Shown piece after piece: positions 1 through 13,700 of a DNA stretch of 36,638 nt (within the stretch, counting starts at the first letter, position 1; every line of letters starts with the position of its first letter). Made by a program: the position numbers and the translations under genes. The notes beneath the pieces are model-generated. The model saw nothing but the letters and a program-made list of their open reading frames with translations. It ran no database searches and was not told the origin of the DNA. Where the stretch lies: the NCBI RefSeq assembly GCF_001194135.2, contig NC_069006.1, positions 2,195,716 through 2,232,353 of the forward strand, written 5' to 3'. This DNA comes from Octopus bimaculoides (Eukaryota).

Positions 1-311
1 TACGTCACCGTAACTTAGTGGTTCGGCAAAAGATACTGATAGAATAAGTCCTGGCGTCGAATTGTTCGACTAAAGGCGGTGCTCCAGCATGGCCACAGTC
101 AAATGACTGAAACAAATAAAAGAGTAAAAGAGTAAGTAAATGAGTGGAAATTTCACTGTTGGGTGTGTTAAATTAATAAGGTACTAAAAGAGAATGACCC
201 TCCCCAGATACAATAAAAAATGCTTCAACACACGGATTCACATAAAGAATCTTGCAAACCAGATTTGAAAATGAAATGGTAATGTTATTTCTTTATTTTC
301 TTCCATTGCAG

Positions 312-392
312 TACATCGGTTCATTCTCAGTGATTGGAGTAGACCAAGGTATGAGAACTAATTTTGTGAAGAAGCATCTCGAAGACATGAGG
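312..392 (+). CDS. SH2D5: SH2D5-like exon, PTB N-terminal part (27 aa, phase 0-0)
   Basis: Acceptor ttctttattttcttccattgcag|TAC, donor AGG|gtgagt; YIGSFSV matches the PTB beta1 Y-x-G-S motif. Confidence 0.88.
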
Positions 393-1439
393 GTGAGTTG
401 GGACTTTTTGGACATTCTCAATGCTGCTGTTGTTGTTGTTGTTTGCTTGTTTCAGTTGTCAGTTTGTTGTTGGCCATGCTGGTGCACCACCTTGAAGGGT
501 ATTTCGTTGAACAAATCTGTCCTGGTAATTATTGCTTCGGTGCTTATCCTATCGGTGTCTTTGCTGAACCACGAAAGGACATGGACATAAACAAACCAGC
601 ACTGGTCTTTGAAACAATGGGTGAGACAAACAATGTAAACACAAGAACCTACATACACACTCACACACACATACACACTCACACACACATACACACTCAC
701 ACATTCACACATACACATACATACCCTCACATACACATACGCACCCATGCACACACATACACACATTCACACACACAAATACATACACACACATGTACAC
801 ACACATTCACACACATATACACATACACACATATACACATGTACACACATATACATACACACACACGCACACACACACACATGATATACGATGGGCTTCT
901 TTCAGTTCCTGTGTATTAAATCCACTCACAAGGTTTTGGTTGACCTGAGGCTATATTAGAAGACACTTTCCCAAGATGCCATGCAGTGGGACTGTACCTG
1001 GAATCATCTGGTTGGGAAGCAAGCTTCTTACCACACAGTCACTCCTGTATAGTAGAAGACACTTGCACAAGGTGCCACGCAGTAGGACTGAACCCGGAAC
1101 CATGTGGTTGGTAAGCAAGTTTCTTATCACACAACAAACTCCTGCATTTATTTTTACAATTTGTATTTTTCTTAAACACAAATTCCTTGTAATAGTGATA
1201 AAAATACAAACAGTATTTCTTTAACACCGAAGGGCTATGTGGGTCCATCCAAGTTGAAAAGGAACCAAAGGAACCCCTTGGCAGCAAAAAAATGGTTGGG
1301 AGCCCTCAGGACCTAGATGCTGGATTCTCTCAGTCTGATGGCTAAACTGTCCTATTTTTCAGTCCACCATCACATCTGCTGTTGACAACCACTTGGGCCA
1401 TGACCATGCTACATTTACTACATCATAAGCACCATAACG

Positions 1440-1515
<76 letters not shown>

Positions 1516-2790
1516 GATGCTGCTGGCAAAACCACCCACTCATCCATCCACCCTTCATTCTTAACAAACCATTTTATACCATCTGTTGTCCTCATTAGCA
1601 AGGGACTTCCTGTAGCAGATGTATACAGGTGAAAGGTCAAGCTGTCATCTAAGGTAGTAGTAGTAGTAGTAGTAGCAGTACTTGTCATAGTCTTAGTAGT
1701 AGTAGTAACAGTAGTCATAGTAGTAGTAATAGTAGTAGTAGTGGTAATGGTAGTAGTTCTTGAATGGTAAAGAGGGTGGTGGTCACATGTGGAAGTAGTG
1801 ATGGTTACAGGTGCTGATAGTAATGATGGCATTAGTAGTAGTAGTATTAGTAGTAGTAGTCATGAGTGGTAATGGTTGTGGTAGTAGTGAGGGTGGTGGT
1901 TGTGAGTGTTACTGATGATAGTGTTGGTCACCTTACATGTGCTTGTGCCACTTAAAAAAGTCCACTGTACTGAGTAGGTTGGTGCTAGGGAGGGCACCCA
2001 GCTGTAAAAATCCTGTCAAAGCAGTCACAGAAGTCTGGTGCAGGCTTCTGCATGGCTGGCTCCTGTCAAACCATCCCATCCATGCCAGCATGGAAGGTGG
2101 ATATTAAACAATGATGATGATGATGATGATGAATTATTCTCTAACCAAACATATTTACATCACTGATAGACAGGAACCTGTCCAGTTGCTTCCGCCTACA
2201 TTTTGGCATAATTAAAATAATATTAGGTCATCAGCTAATATTATTTGATTTCCCTCTTCGCATATTTAATTTTTCAGTTAGGGTTTTTAATTACTCCATA
2301 TATTAATTAATTATGCACTAAACAGCATTGCATTAATTCTCTGATGTATCTGTAGCCTGATTATTTCACTCTTTGGAGGCATTAAATTGCATCATACTGA
2401 CAATATAGTTCACAAATTAATGCTATGTTATGCATAATTAATTAATACATGGAGTAATTAAAAACCCTAACCAAAAAATTTCATGTTTGGTGCACGATTA
2501 GTTAATTAATTTCAGTAAATTGCCAACACTCAAACTTATCAGTATATATGTATATATATATATATATATATATCATCATCATCATCATCATCATTTAACA
2601 TCTGCTTTCCATGTTGGCATGGGTTGGACAGTTTGATATGCATCTAGCTAGCAGGGAGCTGTCCAGACTCCAGCTGTCCAGACTCCAGCTGTCCAGACTC
2701 CAGCTGTATGTTGTGGCATGGTCTCTATGGTCGGATGCCCTTCCTAACACCAACCACTTAACAAAGTGTGTTGGGTACTTTTTACATGTG

Positions 2791-2849
<59 letters not shown>

Positions 2850-5708
2850 TACGTTTATATATTCGTTTTGCAAGATTCTTGATGTGAAATCGTGTGTTGA
2901 GACAGATATTGTTGTATTTGAGGATGGTCATATTGCCAGTTTAGCCAATAAAAACACACGCACTATATATTTGGTGTTAATTTGCTTCAGCTTTATTTTA
3001 CATTAATCGTATTTTGGCCAGAGTTCTAAAATCACACTTCTGTGACCTCATCAGTGGTCCTTTGCTTTCTTCTTTCTTATTTGTGTGTCTTTCCTTACTA
3101 ACACGATTAATGTAAAAGATAAAATAAAGCTGAAGCAAATTAACACCAAACATATAGTGCGTGTGTTTTTATTGGCTAAACTGCCAACCACTCTATAGAG
3201 GGTGCTGGTTGCTGCTTTTTGCGTGACACCAGCAGCAGTGGGTCACCGACTAATTGAGGGGAAATGGAGTAATATTGCCTGAGGTGGCTTTGCGCCAGAG
3301 GAGAGGCTGGAGTGTTAGTAAGAGGGATAGAAACAGGTGTCTTTGCAGTAAAGGTGACACATGGCTGCGTCAGTGAGAGAGAGGAGGGGAGAAGATGTGA
3401 TGGGAGGTGGGTAAGAATCACGTTACAGGGAGGTGTATATATGTGAAGTGGGATCAAGGACTGGATAGGGTGAATGGGTGGGGGGTAAGATTGCAAGATT
3501 ACAGAGAGAGAATGGGAAGTGGAGGGAGAGGGCTTGTTAGGTGCAGGATATGTAACGGCGGGTGGGGTGGGGGGAAGAGANNNNNNNNNNTTAGGTGCAG
3601 GATATGTAACGGCGGGTGGGGTGGGGGGAAGAGATTCAACAGGGGAGATTGAGAGGTAAAGGGGAGGGGAGAACAGTGGATGCTGGGCACGGGTGGAGCA
3701 AGGAGAAGGTGTTGGGATGATGGGACGTGAGTGTATGTGTGGGGTGGAAGGGTAAGAGCAGATTTGTCAGGAACAGATTGTATGCGGGGGATAGGGACAT
3801 CCCCTTATGGCCTTAATGTTACTTAGCTGGATGAGTCTACTCAAGCACTGCTATATCACTTCTCGTTCTGGTCCTTCATCATCTCTGTGAGGTTCAGCTT
3901 CTTTAGATCACTTGCCCAAGGTGCCACACAGTGGGACTGAACCCATAACCATGGCACCAAGCAGTTGCCGAGCAAACTTCTTACCATGCGACAATATTTG
4001 CACCTACTTCTTTTTCTTCCTTCACTTATTTCAGTCATTAGACTGTAGCCATACTGGGGCACCATGTTGAAGAATTTTTAGTCAAATGTATCAACCCCAG
4101 GGCTTATTTTTTTATAAGCCTGGTACTTATTATGTCAGACCCTTTTGCCGAACCGCTAAGTTACAGGGACATAAACACACCAGCACTAGTTGTCAAGCAA
4201 TGTCGGGGGACAAACACACACATATATATATATATATACATGCGTACATATGATAGGCTTCTTTCAGTTTTCGCCTGCCAAATCCATTCACAAGTCTATA
4301 GTAAAAGACATTTGGCCAAAGTGCCGCATAGCAGGGTTGAACCCAGAACCATATAGTTGGGAAGCAAGCTTCTTACCGCACAGTCACGTCTGCATAACAC
4401 TTCCAACATTAAATGTGTTTACACTAACTTAACTGTTGTCTTTTATGTTTGTTCTTGTTTCCAGATGCAGATAGCGTGTCTGAGTAATCCATCTCCCCCC
4501 CACCACCTTCTCTCTCTGTTGCAATAATTTCTTTTCATTGGGTTTCTCTTTCTAGGATGTGGTGAAGAGTATCAAAGTGTTGCTGGTCATTTCATTGTCT
4601 GGTGTGAAAGTATGTAGTAGCAAAGGGGAGGTAAGTAGACTTGAAGTGAATACATCTTTCCTACAGGACAATTGGTTCAGTGGACTAAGGCGTTGAACTG
4701 TTGACCACATGGTTGTAAGTTCACATCTTACTAAAGACATTGAAAATACAAGACTTTTTGATCACAATAATATTTAGCCCTAAGTTAGCCTCAAACGTCA
4801 GATCAATAAAGACATCCTATCTGTGGCCCTCCTGTCTTTCTTACATATGTATAGGGCCATATTATATGGTGAACTTTGTACTGGAAAAAGCCTCTGTGGC
4901 TGTCCCCTCCGTTGGTGCAAGGATCGGCTGAAGCAAAGCCTAAAACTGACTGGAATCGATCCCAAAACCTGGGATATTGAAGCTCAGGACATACACACAA
5001 AATACACGCAACAGTCTTCTTTCAGTTTCCATCTACCAAATCCACTCACAAGGTTTTGCTCGGCTCGGAACTATAGTAAAAGACACTTACCTCAGGTGCT
5101 ATGCAGTGGTACTTTACCCGGAACCATATGGTTGGAAAGCAAATGTCTTACCACCCAACCTCACCTGCACTCATAGAGACATTAAATATTTAAAAAAATA
5201 TGGAACTAGAAAAAATTGCATAAAATAATATATATCTATAAAAGTATGAAAATTACCAAGGTCATCACTAAATTACATAATAATAATAATAATAATAATA
5301 ATATATATCTCTTTTTACTCTTTTACTTGTTTCAGTCATTTGACTGTGGCCATGCTGAAGCACTGCCTTTAGTCGAGCAAATTGACCCCAGGACTTATTC
5401 TTTGTTAGCCTAGTACTTATTCTATTGGGCTCTTTTGCCGAACCGCTAAGTTACGGGGACGTAGACACACCAGCATCGGTTGTCAAGCGATGTTGGGGGG
5501 ACAAACACAGACACACAAACACATATATATATATATATACATGTATATGACGGGCTTCTTTCAGTTTCCTTCTACTAAATCCACTCACAAGGCTTTGGTC
5601 AGCCCGAAGCTATAGTAGAAGACACTTGCCCAAGGTGCCATGCAGTGAGACTGAACCCGGAACCATGTGGTTGGTAAGCAAGCTACTAACCACACAGCCA
5701 CTCCTGGG

Positions 5709-5791
<83 letters not shown>

Positions 5792-6156
5792 GTACATATA
5801 TAGAAATGTATATATATATGAGGATGCTTAGAATGGCAATCAATTTCTCCTGGAAGAGTCATACAACAAACGCCGACTGATACCAGGGACTACCAAAAGT
5901 GACATTGAAGATACAGCATAGAAGGATGAGGCTAGCTGGACACTGCATCAGACACACAGATGAAATTGCTAACAAGTTAGCGCTCTGGTAACCAATGGAA
6001 GGAAGATCCAGGAGAGGAAGAAGGAAGATGACCTATATCGACAACTTGCTGGAGGATACTGGTATGGACGGGGTACAGGAGCTGAGGACCATTATGGAAA
6101 ATCAAGATGAATGGGGAAAACATGTGGAAACAGTCTTGGGGCATCCTATGGGATGA

Positions 6157-6192
<36 letters not shown>

Positions 6193-9100
6193 ATATATAG
6201 TGTACATATACATATATCTATAATGCTATACATAAGAAAAAATTACATAAAAATAATGTATATCTATTTCGTATGTGTATTTCATGTGCAAGATTCTTGA
6301 TGTGGATACGTTATGCCGGTAATAAACACACGCACTGGTTCAGTCCTTTATTAATTTATTAATGAAATAATTTAACAAAAAATTTAACAAAGAACTATAT
6401 AAATTAATAAAGGACTGAACCAGTGCATGTGTTTATTACCGGCATAATGCCTCTCCCAAGGTTTAAATGTATATCTATGAATCTATGAAAACATGAAAAT
6501 TTCTAAGATCATCACTAAAGTTCGTCTGTTTGTCATTGCAGAGTGTGTACATGGCTCATGCCTTAAAACGAATATCCTTTGCTACCTGTGACCCGGATTA
6601 TTGCCAGTTCTCTTTTCTTGCCAGAGAGCCGAAAGGACAGATCAATGTTCAGTTCTGTCATGCTTTTGTCACCCGCAACTCTCCAGAAGTAAGTATTGTT
6701 TCCGTTTATGTATTTGGTTCGCAAGATTCTTGATGCAAGCTCATATGTTGAAAGTGAGTTTGCTGTATCTTGGGTGGGTCATTGTGCCAATGATAAAACA
6801 CACACTGGTTCAGTTTCACTTTATTATTTTTTTTTATTAGTCAATTGGTTGGCACTCTGTTGGCTAGGATGACATGCATTTCAGTTGATCCGGTCAACAG
6901 AGCAGCCTGCAAGTGGATGAGTACTCCACATGCACCCCACAGACATACATACCCTTATGTAGTTCACAGGGAGATTCAGCATGGCACAGAGTGTGACAAG
7001 GCTGACCCTTTGAAATACAGGTAGTGCTCATTTTTGCCAGATGAGTGAACTGGCGCAGCATGAGATCAAGTGTCTTGCTCAAGGACAGAACATGCTGCCA
7101 AGAATCAAACTCAAGACCTTATATCAGAGGCCAAATACCCAACCAATAAGCCACACCTCTTCGCAGTCAGTTGGTTAGTTATTTAACCGACCAGCTAATC
7201 TGATGTTTGTTTAACCCTTTGGCATTCATAGCCTGGTGTTGCCATCCGGTTTCACCAGTCCTCAGTCAAATCGTCCAACCCATGCTAGCATGGAAAGCGG
7301 ACGTTAAACGATGATGATGATGATGATGATTACTCTGCCAAACATAATTCTTATTTGTTCACATTATTTAAAATTAACCATGGATTATCTCATAGCTTTC
7401 AGACTTCAGCGGTGTGATTGTTAATAGAATGACATTACAGGGTAGGTGTGAGAGGCTGGATATGGCCAGTTTAACCCTGCAGCATTCAGATTACTCTGTC
7501 AAATGTGATGCTTTATTCACATTGTTTAGGATTAATCATACATTATCTCATAGCTTCAAGATTTCAATGATGTGATTGTGGGAGGCCAGATCTGGCTGGT
7601 CTGGCTAAAAGATGGGTTGAATATTTGAACTGGATATGACTGGTTAAACTCTTTGTCGTTCAGATTACTTCGTCAAATGTGATACCTATTTATTCACATT
7701 GTTTTTAATTAATCATACATTATCTCATAACTTCAAAATTTCAATGATGTGATGGTTTTACTTTTAGAATGACATTGTAGGGAAGGTGTGAGAGACCAGA
7801 TCTGGTCAGTTTGAATAGTAAAGGGTCAATCAGTTGGTTAAACAATTGATCAGTTGTCTGTCAAAGATCTCATCAATACTGCAGGAGTGGCTGTGTGGTA
7901 AGTAGCTTGCTTACCAACCACATGGTTCTAGGTTCAGTCCCACTGCATGGCACCTTGGGAAAGTGTCTTCTACTATACAGGAGTGACTGTGTGGTAAGAA
8001 GCTTGCTTCCCAAACATGTGGCTCCGGGTTCAGTCCCACTGCATGGCACCTTGGGAAAGTGTCTTCTACTATAGCTTCGGGCCGACCAAAGCCTTGTGAG
8101 TGGATTTGGTAGACGGAAACTGAAAGAAGCCCACTGTATATATGTATATATATATGTGTGTGTCTGTGTTTGTCCTCCCAACATCGCGTGACAACCGATG
8201 CTGGTGTGTTTACGTCCCTGTTACTTAGCGGTTTGACAAAAGAAAGGACATGTCATTGATAAGGTTACAAATGGTAACAAAAGGATTTCCACAAACTTAA
8301 TTGCTTGATTGCTTAACAGACTGATTAAGCAAGCATTAGATTATTAGCCGGTTGGTTACATAACCAACTGGTTGACAAATAATAATGAAGTGATTGCTCA
8401 AGATACAAAAAAAAAGACTATTCTTTGTATGTGCAACAGGTTTTGAAAAGAAAGAGGTTGATATAGTATATATGTGTGTGTGTGTGTGTGTCTGTGTTGC
8501 TATGAAGAGATAGTGACCACAGCTTTGTTGTTGGTCATTGTTTGCATATTGTTTTTGTTTTTAACCCTTTTCAGACACACACTGTTTTGGTATGTGTAGC
8601 CAAAAGCACGGAAATGTTTTCTGTTGATATTCAAAATGATGGACGAATGCAGAAAACAGTGGACTCTTTTATTGTTTTATTTGTCTCAGTCATTTGACTG
8701 CGGTCATGCTGGAGCACTGCTTCTAGGGTAGTGTAGGGGTGAGAGAGAGAGAGAGAGTCAAGGAGAAAAGAAGGAAAGCGGTTGTCCTTCAGTTCCAGAT
8801 TGGCCACAATGCATCCCAACCTAAAGACAAAGACAATCCAACGGGTGACCCTCCATCTTGTCTTTCTTGAAGTAGGCTTGGGAGATTATATCTATAAGGT
8901 GTTACAATGTGATTTGAGGCATATTTGCTTGCTATTTCTAGCAGATCCAACCACCACATAAAACTGATAGTGGTGGTAGTGCTGGCGGTAGTAGTAGTAG
9001 TGGTTGTGGTGGTAGTTGTGGTGGTAGTGGTGGTGATGGTGGTTGTTGTTGTGGTGGTGGTGATGGTGGTTGTGGTGGTGGTAGTAGTAACAGTTGCTGT

Positions 9101-9505
9101 AGTGGTGATGGTTGTGGTAGTGGTAGTGGTGGCGATGGTGGTTGTTGTGGTGGTGGTAGTAATAACAGTTGCTGTAGTGGTGGTGGTTGTGGTAGTTGGC
9201 GGTGGTGGTTGCAGTGATGGTGGTAGTGGTTGTGGTAATGGTTGTGATAGTAGTAGTCGTGGTGGTGGTCATGGTGGTCACCAAAGTATAATATAGAAGG
9301 CTGAAGCTTTCTTCCTTTCTTCTTTTTTCTTTCTTTCTTTCTTTCTTCAGTCTCCTCCCTGTATGTTTCCTCCTCTTCTATCCTCCCCCTCTCTCTCTCT
9401 TCTTTCATCTCTTCGTCTCCCTCTTCCCTTCCCCACCCACCAGCTGGTCAGCCATCAATGCTAAAGCTTTGAAGCCAGTTTTCAGCCACTCCTTTATGTA
9501 TTATG

Positions 9506-9547
<42 letters not shown>

Positions 9548-10721
9548 AACACACGCACACGCACACAACACATGCATAAACTAATGTAGACACATACACA
9601 CTGGCACAGAGGACTTGTACCAACAGGAATATATAAACACATACAAGCAGGCACACACACACACACACATTCTGAAACACACATACACCCACACATACCT
9701 GTGTATGAACATACATATACACACACATATATATAAAATACACACATGCATGAACATTTACACACACACACAACCACAGGTACACACACATAGAGAGAAA
9801 TGAACATTCTACTGGACACTGACATCCACAATCGAAACATATGTACACACACACGAACACACAAGATACACACATACACACATTGAGACACAAAGGCACA
9901 CACACACTCTCAGCACATGTATATGCATGTATACATACATAGGCATTCACAGAAATTCTCATATCACTGCAATACCACCTGGAGGCTGGTTCTGCTGACC
10001 AGTGGGGACTATACAACAGCCTCAACAACAACAGTAAACATACCACTACCATTCATCCATCCACCCACTCTATATACACAGTAAACACATCATGACAGCA
10101 GAGTAGATGCTAGAATACCAGTTTCCATCTCAGGTAGGGACATCTTCAGATAACCATCACCTGCCTTCCACCTCTCTCTCTCTCTCTCTCTCTCTCTCCT
10201 CCCACACACACACATTCTCTCTTTTTCTTTTACCTTTTCCCTCTATTTTTCATCTTTCTCTCTCTCTCTCTCTCCCTACCTTTGTTCCCCCCTCTTTCAT
10301 TCTTTCTCTCTATATTTTCTCCCTCTATGCTTTAAGCGCCATTTTCCACTCTTCTGCCTCTGTCTGTCTCTCTCTCATTCTCTTCCCCCCAACTCCGTCT
10401 CTACTCCCCCTTTCTCTCTTTTGCCCCTCTTTTCACTCTCTCCCCCTTCCTTTGTGCCCCATTCTCTCTTTCTATCTCCTTTCTCTCGCTCTCTCCTCCC
10501 GTTTTCTCTCTCTCTCTTTTTCCAAATGGCATGTAGGAGCATCCGCTCTGGGAGGTGGTTTGGAATGTCATAGAAAATTCACTTCCCAACAACATGGCTC
10601 TGGGTTCAGTCCCACTGTGTGGCACCTTGAACAAGTGTCTCCCCTTATAGCTCCAGGCTGGCCAAAGCGTTGTCAATGGATTTGGTAGATGGAAACTCAA
10701 AGAAGCACCCCCTCTCTCTCG

Positions 10722-10756
<35 letters not shown>

Positions 10757-13700
10757 GTTTACGTGTGTTTGTGATTGTGTCTGTATGTATATATATATAT
10801 GTGTGTGTGTGTATGTATGTATAAAAATACATGTTTGTATGTATATTTATATATATATATACATACTTGTGTGTGTTTTTATGTATATATATATATATAC
10901 GTGTGTTTGTATCTGTGTTTGTGTGTCAGTATGTATATATATGCGTGTGCGTGTGTGTTTGTATGTATGTATTTATATATATGAGTGTGTGTGTGTATGT
11001 GTGTATATACGTGTGTGTTTGTGTCTCCCACCAGTGCTTGTTGTCAGCTGGTTTTGCTTTGTTCCAGTAACTTATTGGTAAGAAGCAGGAGACCACTAGA
11101 ATAAGTACAAGGCTTCAACAGAAAGAAGTTCTGCAGTAGGTTTGCTTGGCTACAATCTTTCAAGGAGGTGCCCCAGCATGGCCGCAGTCCAATGACTGAA
11201 ACAAAAGATTAGTGTTATCTAACACAAACACACGTACACACACACACACGCGCATATGCACTCATACACACATTTATGTTTATGTGTAACTATACATTTA
11301 TATACAGACATATATATTATATATATATATATATATATNNNNNNNNNNNNNNNNNNNNNNNNNNNNNNNNNNTATGTGTGTGTGTGTGGAGGCGCATGGC
11401 TTAGTGGTTAGGGTGTCAGCACCATGATCGTAAGATTGTAGTTTCAATTCCTGGACCGGGCGACGCATTGTGTTCTTGAGCCAAACACTTCATTTCACGT
11501 TGCTCCTGTTCACTCAGCTGGCAAAAATGAGTAACGCTGCAATGGACTGGCGTCCCGTCCAGCTAGGGACACATACGCCATTGAAACCGGGAAACCGGGC
11601 CCATGAACCTGGCTAGGCTTTAAAAGGGCGCATTTAATTATTATTTAATATATAGGCGCAGGAGCGGCTGTGTGGTAAGTAGCTTGCTTACGAACCACAT
11701 GGTTCTGGGTTCAGTCCCACTGCATGGCACCTTGGGCAAGTGTCTTCTAGTATAGCTTCGAGCCGACCAAAGCCTTGTGAGTGGATTTGGTAGACGGAAA
11801 CTGAAAGAAGCCCGTCGTATATATGTATATATATATATGTATATGTATGTATGTGTGTGTATATGTTTGTGTGTCTGTGTTTGTCCGCCCAGCTTCGCTT
11901 GACGACTGATGCTGGTGTGTTTGCACCCCCGTAACTTGGTGGTTCGGCAAAAAGAGACCGATAAAATAAGTACTAGGCTTACAAAGAATAAGTCCTGGGG
12001 TCCATCTGTTCGACTAAAGGCGGTGCTCCAGCATGGCCGCAGCCAAATGACTGAAACAAGTAAAAGAGTATATATATATATATATATAGGTGTGATGTGG
12101 GCGTGTACCTGCATACCTGCATACGAACATATATGTATTCAATTGCATATTTATTTCTTCACTTCTTCTTCCTTGTCGTTGCCAGGCTGAAGAACTTAAC
12201 ACTATCATCGGGAATGCTTTCAAGATGGCCTACGCACAGCAACGTCAACGGCAGCCAACATTCAATGAGCTGATTGAGCGCCAGATCCAGGAACAGAAGG
12301 CCAAGTTTGCCGAGGACCAGGAGCAGGCAGAGAGGGACCTACAGCAGAAGCTCAACGAGATTGCCACTCCAACCCCGTTCTCGGAGAAGGCCATACAGAG
12401 GATGGAGATGAGACGACAACTGAGCGAAGAAACAGCGCAGGAGAGAGAGAAGGAACTTGCACAACAACACCACCAGCAGCATCAGCAGCAGCATTCAAGC
12501 ACTGCCACACTGCGGAGCTGGCTTTGGGTAAGTACGGGGCCCTTGGCTCTGTGGACTTCATTTTGGCATGCAGTGGGGGGACACACAAAATGTAAATGGC
12601 ATAGATGAAGTTAATGATGTTAGTTTTCTGACCTTTGTATGAGAACCTTGCCATCATGTTTCCATCGACATCAGAAACAATGTTTGTCACTCTTGATAAA
12701 TACCAGGGGTTTCTGTTCCTCTTGAATTACTGTGATTGTTGCATTTTGCAACTACCACAGGCACATGAGGGCATGTGGGTTAATGGTTAGGGTATTTGGT
12801 TCATGATTATTAGGTCGGGAGTTTGATTCCCAATGGTGTGTTGTGTCCTTCAGCAAGACACTTTATTTGAAACTATGATTATTATTATTATTATTATTAT
12901 TATCAGATGAACAATATTTCGACATCTCTTCCACAGGTTCAAAATTAAACTTGTCAATCTACTTCATTTTGGTAATATTTGTGGGATTGAACCTGTGGAA
13001 GACACACAAGATGTCAAAATATTTTTCATTTCATAACAGTCACACTCTTCTTTATTGTTTTTTTCATTTCTGGAGGACTAACATCAATCCTATAAATATT
13101 GTTATTATTATTATTATTATTATTATTGAGTGAGAGAGCAAAACATGCCATCAAAGTGACACTGGGGTATAAATATACAAAGCCCAGTATACCCATCATG
13201 ATTACCCGTCTGATAAGGGTACACCAGGCACATGCATCACAATAATATGTGCGCGACATGGTGATCTCATATCAAGATAAATTGCACATGGCCTTGCAGG
13301 TGGGGCCCTGTTAGAATTTTCTTCTGGTCGAGTAGCCCATCCTGCTTAAAAGGTCCCTAAATAGGGATTAGGATGTTGAACGAAACACCCATGTTTCCAA
13401 AGGTGAATTATCCAAAACCCCAAAGAATTCCTCTCAACACATGGCCATGATGCTCTCCCACAACTTCTGCTCATGTACAGAGATGCACATATCGTCAGCC
13501 ACTAAGGGACATGCTCAACTGGTTAAGGTCAAACAACTGACAAGCAAATCTGTGGTATTAAGCAGAATATTTGCTGTAATCCATCTTTTTATACCAAGCC
13601 AAAACAATGTACATGATAACACTTCCAATCAATTAAGATCAGAAGCCATGAGAGCCACTGCCTGGTACTGCATCCGGGCATTCATCATCATCATCACCAT

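Noticed and set aside
1370-1920. (CTA)n facing (TAG)n as a long fold-back element
   Set aside because: Complementarity is limited to simple repeats; the unique parts do not align convincingly.
2200-2245. CTGATGA on the minus strand at about 2228-2234, and on the plus strand at about 17404, as hammerhead cores
   Set aside because: No convincing stem II + GAAA + stem III + stem I set could be built.
2657-2707. Three exact 15 bp tandem copies (agctgtccagactcc)
   Set aside because: Local slippage inside a family-D fragment; no further structure.
3537-3634. Identical 44 bp on both sides of a 10-N gap
   Set aside because: Typical unmerged contig overlap, probably an assembly artefact.
4465-4490. 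Acceptor-like ttgtttccag followed by ATG, about 90 bp before the 4556 exon
   Set aside because: No good in-phase donor, and the PTB alignment needs no extra exon.
11655-11730. SINE heads as functional tRNA genes
   Set aside because: They have A/B-box-like motifs but no proper cloverleaf and run directly into SINE bodies.
12225-12608. ORF read as a single-exon gene starting at ATG 12225
   Set aside because: The frame is open from the acceptor at 12186 and ends at a strong donor at 12528; it is an internal exon.
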